From Salpingoeca rosetta (lineage: Eukaryota; Protista; Choanoflagellata): 64,000 nucleotides of DNA. This document shows positions 1 to 38,622 of this stretch, in pieces (position 1 is the stretch's first letter; each line of letters starts with the position of its first letter). The notes beneath the pieces were generated by a model. It did not search any database. It saw only the letters and a list, made by a program, of their open reading frames with translations, and had not been told where the DNA came from. Both the position numbers and the translations under genes were made by a program. The stretch lies in NCBI GenBank assembly GCA_033442325.1, contig JAWQFM010000005.1:2072331-2136330 (forward strand), written 5' to 3'.

Positions 1-2060
<2,060 letters not shown>

Positions 2061-2617
2061 TGTGTGCCTGAGTATGTATGCTTGTATGTAAGTGTAGGTG
2101 TGTGTGTGTGCTTCCGTATGCCTGCGCTTGGATAGCTGTGTCCTCGCCACCTGCCTTCCTTCCTTCCTTCCTCTGTTCGCTTCTCTGTGCTTGCTTGCTT
2201 GTCGTTGGTTGTCGTCTCTTGCTCTGCTGTTGTTGTTGGTTCCTCTTCTTCTTCTTCTTCCTCTTCTTCGCATTCAATGATGAGTCATCAACACGAATTT
2301 CCACACACATTCGTTTTGGCGACGACACAAACAACAAACGTCAGGCAACAAGCAGGCAAGCAGGCAAGCAAGCAGGTCATGTGTGGTGGTGTGGTGTGTC
2401 ACAACTTCATGTCACCATCTCCCGCTGGTGTTTGCGTGTCCTCCCTCGCGCCCTTAGGCCCTCAACCCTCTGTCTATCTGCACTTCTGTTTGTCTCCCAA
2501 TCTCTCACGCCGCCCATTCATCCATCCGCCCATCTGTGCATTCACATCTTCACAGGCAGCTACAGACGTGAATTGCATTGAATTGAGTTGGTTGCTTGTC
2601 TCAGGCCACTCGCCACC

Positions 2618-9347
<6,730 letters not shown>

Positions 9348-10028
9348 TGTGACAAGTGCTTTGGCAGTACTGCGACAAAAGACCCTGCCCGCAACACACC
9401 GCACCTCTTGACACGTTTGCTTGCTTGCTTGGCATGCCGCCTGGACTTTTCATGTCTATCTTGCTCGTTTGAGGCTTAAGCTTATTGTCTTCCTTTGTCC
9501 ATTCGACGTTTGCCTGCCAGTGCTTTGACGCACCCTGTTTCTTCCATGAATGCAATTGGAACGAGCGCTGCTTTCTTGTGACTTTTGTGCTTACTTTGCT
9601 CGGGTTGGCTCGCTCGCTCGCTCGCTCGCTCATTCGCTTGCGCTTTCGTTGAGAGGAACTCTGACTGGCCCTTGCTCTTGTTGCTGTCGGTTACAGTTCC
9701 AATACATTGGCAGTTGAACAAGAATGGCACTACAACTAGAAGCAGGGGGATGCGTGGGAATATGTGCGCACGTACGTGCATGTGTGGGCATGTGCGTGTG
9801 TTGTGCGTGTGTTTGTGTGTTGAGATTCGCGTGCGCAAGTACACGGGTGTGGCGAGACAGCATGATAATCCAACTACGGAGAAGGCTTAACAACATCAAG
9901 CGCAACTGCGTGTGATGGAGAGGAGTCAACACACAGGGCTGCTTGTCATTGGGGATAACAGAGATGAGAAAACAGCAACACTGACGCCAAACCCCATCAG
10001 TGGGACACAACAGGGCACAACGCAACGA

Positions 10029-10284
10029 CTACTTGAAGAAAGCGTGCAGTGTCTTCTGTGGTCCCTTCTTTGACTTTTTCTGTGGCGAGGTGGTTGTGGC
10101 TGCATTGCTCGCCCGCTTGCCACCATCGGTGTCAGGCTTCTCTGTGTTGCGCAGCGCTGTTGGTGGCGTGGCTGTGGTTGAGTCGTCGTCGTCATCATCG
10201 TCAAGCTTGATCACCGCATCCTTTGCATCAGCGTCATCGCCTCCCTTGGCCTCCGCTGCTGCCGTTGCTGGTGCTGCGGTTTTC

Positions 10285-10316
<32 letters not shown>

Positions 10317-11654
10317 CGTTGTGGCCTTGGCTGGCGCTGTTTCTGCTGTGGTTGCTGCTGGTGCTGTGGTTGCTGCTGGTGCGGCTGGCTTCTTGGCGGC
10401 GGCTTTGCTGAAGAAGCTCTGCAGCGAGCCCTTTCCTCCCTTGCGCACAACGGGCGTGCGCTTCCATTTCTTCACCGCCTTTGCGCCAGTCAGCTTCTCC
10501 ACCATCTCCACCAGCGTCTCTGCGTTGCGCGGGCCGTGCGCCCCAATGTCGTTCATAAAGTACACAAACTGCGTCACGCCCGCCTTGCGCCGCGCAGCAA
10601 ACCGCTCCGCCTGCCTCTGCAGGAACTCGTCGCTGTACACAGTTTCGCCCGGGGTGAGGGCCTTGTGGAAGCGCACGAACGTGAAGTTGGCCGTCTGCTT
10701 GTCGGTGTAGACGCACGAGTTGTCTGGGCTGATGTTCTCGACAATGGCGACGTTGTGTTGCTTGAGGAGCGCGTACACCTGGTCGTGCAGCCAGGTCTTG
10801 CTGCGAAACTCAAACGCAAAGCGCAGGTCCGTGGGCAGCTTGGGCAGGAACTCGGCAAGGCGGGCCTCGTTGCGGTGGAACGTCGGTGGCAGCTGGATGA
10901 GGATGGGCCCGAGGTGCGAGCCCAGGGCGCGCGCCCGATCGCAAAACTCCTCCACCAGCTCATCCACATTCTTCAGCCGCTCCTTGTGGGAGACAATCTG
11001 GTGCATCTATGCACGTGTATGCGCGCGTGTGTGTGAGGAGGAGGAGGGGGGGGGGTGTTGAAGGTGAGCACAGCGTGACGACTTGAACAACAGCACACTC
11101 AGTCTGATAATCGCATGCAGGTCAACAAGCGCGCAACACACACACACATGCACACATACACACATGCACACACACACACATACACACACATACACACACA
11201 TACACACAAGCACACTTGTGATGCAGCTGACCTTGAGTGCAAAGACGAAGCTGTCCTGGACTTCCTTTGTCCACTTGCGAAACGTTTCCGTCGATTGCAA
11301 GCCATGGTATGTGGCGTTGATTTCGCACGACGGCAGCCTGCCTGTTGATATCCAAGGCGTACATGCGCATGTATGATGTGCATGTGTGCGTGCGAGAGAG
11401 AAAGAGAGAGACAGAGAGACAGAGAGACAGAGAGAGAGAGAGAGGTGAGCACACACAATCGCAACACAACATAGCCGTCACAGACACACACACACACATA
11501 CACACGCACCTGAAAAGTGCTTGAGCTCGTCTGCCTGCTTGACCAAGCGGGGATAGAAGGCATCCTTGCGCCAGTGTGGATATGTGTAGCCCGACGTGCC
11601 CACATAGAAGTTGGCGAGGTCCTGCTTGCCACCACCAACACTGCCGCTGCTCAT
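10029..11654 (-). CDS. DUF72 (YecE-like) protein with low-complexity tail and C-terminal PIP box; 3 exons
   Basis: YVGTSGYTYPHW..FYP, EINATYH..TFRKW..FVFALK, LGPILIQLPPTF, FAFEFRSKTW, FVRFH and VYFMND are DUF72 motifs. The C-terminus is QKTLHAFFK. Confidence 0.88.
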
Positions 11655-12120
11655 CTTGGTCGTTGTTCTGGCGGGATAAATGATGAATGCGGCTGCTTGA
11701 AACTCGTTTGAACCTGTTTTGGCAGCTCCCTGCCGCCACCAACGCACGCTCTCCCACCCACTCTGCCTGATTGCATTAGATCGCCTTGCTCTCACTCATG
11801 TCGCGGCTAGTGTGCTGGTGTACTGTTTCATGTCACTCGTGAAAGGCGGCGCCTGTGTTGCGTCAATTCTGCCACAACTGAACACACTGGCACACACACA
11901 CATGCACACACACCAACACAACAACAACAACAACAACAACAACACATGCACACACTCAACACACACACACACACCTCACACAACACAACACACACACACA
12001 CAACACACATTTCACACACACACACATGCACACATGCACAAGTACCGACGTTCGCCTTCTTTTCCATGCGTGTCAGTGCAAGTGTGATTACACATCACTA
12101 AAATCCCCAAAGCTCGAAAC

Positions 12121-25542
<13,422 letters not shown>

Positions 25543-25895
25543 GTTGGGTGAGTGGTGGGTTGCTTGATGTACTTTGTGTGAAATCGCCCCACAAGTGTGG
25601 GCGGGCCTACGCTATTCTCAGGGGTGGCAGATCACGCGCAACCCCGAGGCTTGCTTGGGTGGGGTTGTGCGCGTGGACCAAAAAGCCAAGACAAGACGGT
25701 CGCTGCAAGGGCACCCCCCGCGGCGATCGTGCTGTCGTGTGTGCGTGCGTGCGTGTGGTGCTTTGTGCCTGTCTGTGGTGGCGGGAAAATGGTGCTGCCT
25801 GTGCACAGCAGCGTGCGTCCGCACAACAGAATTTGAAAAAATATGAAAAGATTCCATGCCAATGTAACGGGCGAGGAAGAAGGACACTGGTGGAG

Positions 25896-28504
<2,609 letters not shown>

Positions 28505-28917
28505 GACACGTGTGTGTGTGTGTATTGTGTGTGTATGTGTGTGAGTTGCGTTGTGGGAGACAAACAGCAGTGCAGCTGTTTTGAACGCCGCGCGGCAGCA
28601 CAGATCTTCATTGCCGACAGCATAAAATATGACAATGCAATTGTTGAAATTTGCTGTAAAACATCACCAAAATAGCGCACAACCGCAACAGAAGCAACCA
28701 CCGGAGCAAGCATTCTTGCGCCACCAACCAATACACAAACAAGCAAGCAAGCAATACGGGAACCACACCATCACCATCGATCCGTTCGTGCCCATTTCTT
28801 CGATTGTGTTTTTGTTTGTGCAGCCAACCACACAACAGCCAACCACACAGCAGATACACGCTTTGTCAAGCTCCAACAGCCAGCCGAAGGTTTTCTCTCC
28901 GCCTTGTGGTGCCAGAC

Positions 28918-29050
28918 ATGAAGTTTGGAGCACGCATCGAGGCCGAGGCCGCTCGAAGCGGGCAGCCACACAAGTACTTTGCTTACAACACCATCAAACA
29001 ACACATCAAGTCTAAGGATATCTCTGCTGTACAAAAGAACCTCCACCTCG

Positions 29051-29096
<46 letters not shown>

Positions 29097-31297
29097 TGTC
29101 GTCAAACCAAACCCGATGCACCCAACAAGCTGCCTTTGAGCCAGGATTGTTGGTTTCCTGACCCGCGCTGTTGTGTTTGCATTTTGGGACAGATGGAAAA
29201 GGTGGAGCACCACTTTCGCCAGGAAGAGTTTGACTGCATGCGCACCTTCAACGAGGTATGTACGCGAAGGTACCAACCACTCGGCGGCGGCTGCTGCTTG
29301 CCAACTCCTCGTGTCATGAGCCTAAATCACGAGCCAACCACGCATTTCCTTTGTGGCTCACCCATTCTCTTCTTCTCGTGCATGCGCACATGTGTACGCA
29401 CCCCGGTAGCTGCAGAAGCAGAGCTGGAACTGTGCTGCAGTCAGGGAATCGGCCATTGCCTCGTTGGAACGCCGCATCAACCAGCTCGTCGGTGCGTGTG
29501 TGTGAGTGTTGTGAGCTTGTGTGTGTGAGTGTTGTGAGCTTGTGAGTGTTATGAGCTTGTATGTGTGTGTGTGTGAGTGTATGTGTGTGAGCTTGTGTGT
29601 GTGACCTTCTGTGTTCCCCCTTCTCCTCCCCCCCCCCTCTTTCTCTCTGCCCCTACGTTTATCTCTCCCCCCCCCTCTCTCTTTCTTTCTTTCTCTCTCC
29701 CTGTATCTATATCTCTCCCAACTTCTGTATGCAGTGGCGACGTTGGTGCTCATCACTCTCGTGTCTGCTTTGTGAAACGGCAGGGTTTGGGCAATGGAAC
29801 TACACGGCGGTCGAGAAGATCACGAAGAAGATTCGCCGTCGGCTAGGCCAGGGCATCCTCCCCGATACAAGTACATTCATTCTCAACTGCAATGCCTGTA
29901 CCTGTGGTGCTAAAGCGTCGGTTGCATGTGCGGTCCATGTGGCCGCAACAGCTCGTTCCTTCTTACATCTTGTTGCATTTCCTCTCTTCCCCCCTTTCCT
30001 GCCTTCTCCATTGTCTGCCTGTCTGACTTTTTCTCCTCCTTATTTCTCTCCTCGCCCCTCCCTCCCCTCCTCTTCTGACTGTTCTCGTGTCAGCGTTCCC
30101 TCACCTCCCCCCCCCCCTCTTCGGCCCATCACACGCCATGACCGCCATTGCTATGACACAGCCTCTACGATGCTTGAGCAGTGGTACCCGTATGTGTCCA
30201 TGGAGCCTGCTCGCATGCTGGCCATGCTGCAAGACCTTCCCGCCCGCCCAGACACCGGCACATCCTCCCGTAGCGACGACAATGACATCAGCAGCGCGGC
30301 TGACTGCCACGGTGATGATGGTGACAGTACCTGCAACGGCGATGGTGCGCACGATGGTGAGCGGGATGAGGATGCAGATCCAGCAGCAGCAGCAGCAGCG
30401 GGACGCGTGGTTGGAGTGCACAATGGTGGCGGGCTTGATGGCAGTGCGATGGATTCTCATGGTGAAGGGGATGATGCACGGGAATCAGGCATTGATGAAG
30501 AAGAAGACCTGGAGCACGAGGACACAGCGCACTCTGCAGCGCACGCCGCTGACACACCAGCGACAGTGGCGACAGTGAGACGGCGACGAGTCAACCGAAA
30601 CGACAGCACAAAGCAATGTGATGATGACAACAGAATACGGTCGCCGGCGCTCACCCGCGGCGCGGCCAAACCAAGCGGCACAACACACACAGGTGGCAGC
30701 AACACCACTGCTGCAGCGAACGCGACCAGCGGGGCCACCGCGACCCCTGCGATACACTCTACACCAGCGAGCACGGCACAGGCAACGCGCACGGACGAAG
30801 CATCGGGTGGTGAGGAGAGCGACGCAGAGGTGTCGGCCACAGGCTGCCCCGTCTGCCTATGCACACGCATGCGCGAGCCTGCGCTGTGCTCGTGCGCGCA
30901 CACGTTCTGCTTCGACTGCATCAGCCAGACGGAGACGTGCCCCGTGTGCCGGAAGCGCCACTTCTCCACGTTTGTCATTGCGGGCAGCGGGGATGTGGTC
31001 ACGGTGGACAGCGCGTGGCAGTCGGGCGACGAGTCACCGTCGGTGATGGCTGCAGCCCTGCGCCGTGTTCGCGACATCATCTGGTATCTGGTGGTGCTGG
31101 TGGTGCTGCTGCCGTTTCTCGCGGCGCTGTTTGCGCTTGGCTTCATGTGGTCTGGCGCGCGCGAGCTCATTGACGCCATTCGCGGCAAGCAGACGGTGTA
31201 CCCGGTGCCCCTCAGCTACAAGAAGCTGCCGTTGATAGCGCCCCACGGTCTCACAACCGCGCCCCCGCCCTGGTCACAGCCCACGCTTTGGGAGTGA
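28918..31297 (+). CDS. SPX domain - RING (C3HC4) E3 ligase with C-terminal transmembrane segment
   Basis: MKFG...YFAYNTIKQHIK (SPX N-terminus), MEKVEHHF, QWNYTAVEKITKK (SPX C-terminal motif), RING CPVC..CAHTFCFDC..CPVCR, and hydrophobic IIWYLVVLVVLLPFLAALFALGFMW. Confidence 0.82.
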
Positions 31298-31568
31298 TGG
31301 CGTGCTAGAGTGCTTTTGAGTGCATGTGTGTGTGGGTGTTTGTTGATCTCCCCTTCTGCTCCCTTTAAGTATTGTGCCGTGTGGTGTGTATGTTTGCACA
31401 CTTGTACATGCGTTGTGTGCGCAATGAGAGGATGTACCTCGCACCCGGGGTGCCGTGCGCGTGTGCACGTTAATGTATGCCACAATTTTGTTTTATTTGC
31501 GCCCGCTGCAGTGTTTGGTTACATTTGCTTTGCATGAACGCGTTCCGGTATCATGCGTCGCTTTCACT

Positions 31569-31623
<55 letters not shown>

Positions 31624-31707
31624 TGTGTGTGTGTGGTGTACTGCAGCCTGAATAGAACACGCAACAACAGTAGTGTGGTGCAACGTCATCAAAACAACGC
31701 GAAACAC

Positions 31708-31739
<32 letters not shown>

Positions 31740-31786
31740 TGCGTGTGTGTGTGTGTGTAACAACGGGTGACCGTGGGTGGCACGGT

Positions 31787-31954
31787 TCAGCAGTAAGCGC
31801 GGAAGAGGGTTGTGTCTGCCTTTGCCTCGACGGTGGCGGCGGCGTCAGCGGCGATGAAGAATGTCGACCCGCGCGGTGCGGCCAACGACCCGCCCTGAGA
31901 CAGTGATGATGATGGTGGTGGTGGTGGTGGTGGTGATGGTGCGTGCGTGTGTGC

Positions 31955-31999
<45 letters not shown>

Positions 32000-32479
32000 C
32001 GTGTGTGTGTGTGTGTGTGTGCNNNNNNNNNNNNNNNNNNNNNNNNNNNNNNNNNNNNNNNNNNNNNNNNNNNNNNNNNNNNNNNNNNNNNNNNNNNNNN
32101 NNNNNNNNNNNNNNNNNNNNNNNNNNNNNNNNNNNNNNNNNNNNNNNNNNNNNNNNNNNNNNNNNNNNNNNNNNNNNNNNNNNNNNNNNNNNNNNNNNNN
32201 NNNNNNNNNNNNNNNNNNNNNNNNNNNNNNNNNNNNNNNNNNNNNNNNNNNNNNNNNNNNNNNNNNNNNNNNNNNNNNNNNNNNNNNNNNNNNNNNNNNN
32301 NNNNNNNNNNNNNNNNNNNNNNNNNNNNNNNNNNNNNNNNNNNNNNNNNNNNNNNNNNNNNNNNNNNNNNNNNNNNNNNNCACACACACAAACACACACA
32401 CACGCACATGCGTGTGTGTGCGCGTGTGTGTGTGAGCATGTTGTCAAAGGGGAACAAAATGTGTCCCAGCGAATACAAC

Positions 32480-32536
<57 letters not shown>

Positions 32537-32778
32537 TGGCGCACCTGTTCCTGTGCGGTGCCCGTCTCATATGTGAGCATGTTGACCAGGTTGTCGACGT
32601 CCTTGAACTTACCTGTGCACCCGGCCCGCACGACGTTGTCGCTTGCAGCCATGCACTCAATGCAGTCCCCAGCCATGTACGCGTGGGGTAGGTTTGGCCC
32701 GAGGAAGATGGCCTGTCCAGGTTGAAGCTGCACAATGTTCAGCATGAACAGGCAGAAGCAGCCAACATCGCCTGCGCA

Positions 32779-32843
<65 letters not shown>

Positions 32844-34667
32844 TGGTGCGTGTGTGTGTGTGTGTGATTGCGCGTTAGAACGGGTTGTACAGACACGCAG
32901 ACACGCACACGCACACACATGCAAGCGTTTACGTGAGTGCGTGTTCGTGCGAATGTGTCGTGCTATATGTTGTGTGCGTACCCGGGAATTGAGAGTGCAC
33001 ACGCAGCACAAAGTTGTCCACAAGCTGCTTGTCAGCCTTGGCCTCGAGCCGCGCCTGCACACGTCGATTGACAAGCACCATGCACACGAAAGCATGAATG
33101 ATGGAGCGAGAGCACGTGAGACAACACATCTGAGCTCGCGGCAGAGATATGGAGGCAGACATCACAACAACGCAACACAAAACACAACACACGGACCCAC
33201 ACAACACTGCAACACAAACACACATGCACAAATAACGCAACACCCTCGCCCCACCTGAAGCTCCGCAGCTTTGGCCTCGACCATCTTGGGGTCCGCGTGC
33301 ATCAGTGCAGAGAAGCACTTCTTGAGCGCATCGTGTTGCTGGCGGTGTGTGTGCGTGTATGTGTATGTACATGTGTGCGTGTATTTGTGTGCGTGTATGT
33401 GTATGTGTGCATGCGAGAGAGAGAGAGTGTGTGTGTGTGTGTGTTAGTGAGATTGAGTACGTGCGAGAAGCCGAAATGTAATGGCGATGTGAACATGGCA
33501 CAGTCGAACGTGTTCACAACCTTTCATGTAAACGCACACCACATCACACACACACACACACACACACCCTGCAAACCCTGCAAACCCTGCAAACCCTACA
33601 CTCACACTCACACGCACACACACACACACGCACGCACACACAACACACACACACCCTACAAACCCTTCGCTCACACGCACACACGCGCTGACACAAGCAC
33701 CCATACCCCCACCTCCGGCTGCGGTTTTCCGACGGCAGCGTGCAGACAGGCAGCGGCGGCGTCGCCAACAAGCGCATGGAACTCCGGATACGACGACAGG
33801 AACGCGGCCACCTCCGCCAGGGGGCGGAACCCGCACATGCCCTGGGGAGTGTGACAGTGAGGGGACAGGTGCGGGCACAGGTGATGGGCGACAGAATGTG
33901 AGTATGTGAACACACACACACACACACACAACACACAACACACACACCTCAAAGGGCGTGAGTGCGATTGCCATTTCCGGTTTGTGGTTGTCGTCCAGGT
34001 AATGTTCGGGATCTTGCTGCCGCAGCTTCTCAGCGAGCGCCTTGTCCGGGTGTGCCTGCACCATTGCACAACCGAGGAGGGCGGGGGGGGGTTGAGCTCA
34101 TTGACAAGGTCACACCACAGGCAGTTGAAAGTCTGATGCCATGCTAGGAAAAATATGAGTCCGGACCACTAACTGGAGCAAGTGATGGGACAGCAGAAAC
34201 ATAGTGCGGGGCAGCTGGTGGTGGTTGCAGCCGAACCTGAATGGAGAGTGTTTTGTTGACAGAGAGGACCTTGAATAGATATGGAAGCTGGCCTTCTGCA
34301 CTCTTTGCAGAGCCCCTATCAAAGACGCAGGCGAACGCATGAAACGACAAAGAGGGCAAATGGGGACGAAATAAAGGAGAGAGAGAGAGAGAGATAGTGT
34401 GTGAGTGAGTGTGAGCGTGTGTGTGTGAATGAGTGTGTGTATGTGAGTGAGTGAGTGCGTGTGTGAGTGAGTAAGCCAGCCAGCCAGCCAGCCAGTCAGC
34501 CAGGTACATGCATGCACATGGGCGTAGAGGATACGCCATTAGTCACACAGACACACACACACACACACATGAGGTCCGGGTTGGCTTGCAGGAGGGTACG
34601 AAGGTCCTGCACTTCTCCTCCAGGCAGCACGACCTGTGACGGCGCCTTGCTGTGGGTTCCCATCCAC

Positions 34668-34670
<3 letters not shown>
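31787..34670 (-). CDS. MPI: Mannose-6-phosphate isomerase (type I PMI); first exon(s) probably in gap 35105-35204
   Basis: [23 protein letters not shown]|[23 protein letters not shown]|[56 protein letters not shown]. Confidence 0.95.
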
Positions 34671-34745
<75 letters not shown>

Positions 34746-35299
34746 AACAGGTAAGGAGGCAAGGCGCAAGCACCGTGAGCTTGCGACAAACACGACGCCA
34801 GCAAGCGTCGCACAAATAGGCATCCAAGAACACCCAACAACACAAGCACCACATATGCACACACACACACACTCACGCTCATGCTTATACACAACACTCA
34901 CACACATACACACACTCACACTCACACGCACACACAACAGGGTCACCACCTTCCACGTTGCGTCTGGCATTCGACAGACCATTCCGCGCCACTGCCAACA
35001 TAACAGCAAAGGCAAAAACACACAACCAGTGACACTGGCATGTGAGCAATACACCACAGCTTTCATCGAAAAAGCTCCCAGCGGACAAGGCATGACCACC
35101 ACCGNNNNNNNNNNNNNNNNNNNNNNNNNNNNNNNNNNNNNNNNNNNNNNNNNNNNNNNNNNNNNNNNNNNNNNNNNNNNNNNNNNNNNNNNNNNNNNNN
35201 NNNNCCGTGGTCGCCAGACCAGCTGGAGAAAGCAGGAAGCACAAGACAGGAAGGCCCGCGGCCCCGTTGCACATTACGCAAACAAATTAAATCACACAT

Positions 35300-37367
<2,068 letters not shown>

Positions 37368-37640
37368 ACACGATACAGTGGCAGTTAAGTCCGCAGCAGT
37401 GTGTGTGTGTGGAGACTCACTGTTGCGTGCGCTGCATTGGCTGGATGAGGCGATCCGGCCCAATTGCTCATCCTGACACGACGGTGAAGGTGAGGAGGAA
37501 GGTGACAAGACGAAGGTCTACTCGGGCTAGTAATGCCGCGCAAGCGCGTTCACAAGCCGCGGATGACCGCCAACGCGTGTACTGGTGATGCATGCCTGGC
37601 TCAGCAGCTGTCGGGAGTTGTCACACACACACAAGGAAGA

Positions 37641-37758
37641 AGCAAGAGCAGCGCTTGCATGAGGTGGAAGCAAGACCAGCGCTCGCATGAGGTGGGAGCA
37701 AGAGCAGCGCTCGCATGAGGTGGAAGCAGCAGCAGCGCTCGCATGAGGTGAGAGCAAG
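37641..37758 (+). repeat. 28-bp minisatellite, about 4.2 copies (AGCAAGAGCAGCGCTCGCATGAGGTGGA)
   Basis: Four head-to-tail near-identical units with no spacers. Confidence 0.9.
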
Positions 37759-38622
37759 CCCTTTCAACACAAAGGTAGCAAACGCAGTGAGTGAAGACAG
37801 TACAGCGACGCAGTACACGTGCAGCAGTGGAATCAGCCTCACGTACCCGTTTGCATGCAAGACAGAATAAAGGGTGCGACTGGAATCGATGGCAAGCCCT
37901 GAAACAAAACCCGCGGAAAGGAAAGAGATTGTGTGTGTGTGTGTGTGTATGAGGGGGGGGGGGGGTGAGCAGTGGCTGTAACCACAAAAGTGCAGCAGGC
38001 AGGGGGAACCCCCAAAAAGGTAGGGACAGAACGGCAGAGACACAAAAGGCAAACAAGACAGGGGAGCCACTTACCCACCCGACAAAGCCACCCGGCCCGC
38101 AACAAAAGCCCAGCGACAACACACACAACACGACAACCGTAGCATTAAAAAAAGTTGATGGGGCGATGGCTCTTTGGGCCCCGGGGGGGTNNNNNNNNNN
38201 NNNNNNNNNNNNNNNNNNNNNNNNNNNNNNNNNNNNNNNNNNNNNNNNNNNNNNNNNNNNNNNNNNNNNNNNNNNNNNNNNNNNNNNNNNGCAGTGGCAG
38301 CAGCAGCATCTTGTGAGCGCCGCCCCAGTGGCGATGCGCAAGCGACAAAGGTGATGGCACACGTACTCATTTTCTTGTCGATCACACATCTTTGCATGTC
38401 CAGTTGTAGGTATTCCATGTGCTCCCAGGCGTCGACACACACACACACACACACACGCACGCACGCACGCACGCACGCACACACACACATGTGCCTTGAC
38501 GCTGCATCAGCGTTAGCTGCATACAACCCACAGAGCATCGACACCTGCCATCTGATGTGTCATTCGCGCCTCACCTGCCACCGTTTTGGTCTCTTCCTCA
38601 GGTGCCATCCTCAGCGGATTCC

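Noticed and set aside
34120-34210. ATAGTG motif in an MPI intron as another element end
   Set aside because: No hairpin 13 nt upstream and no clear compositional boundary.
37641-37758. CRISPR-like 28-bp repeats
   Set aside because: The units are contiguous with no unique spacers, there are no cas genes, and the context is eukaryotic.
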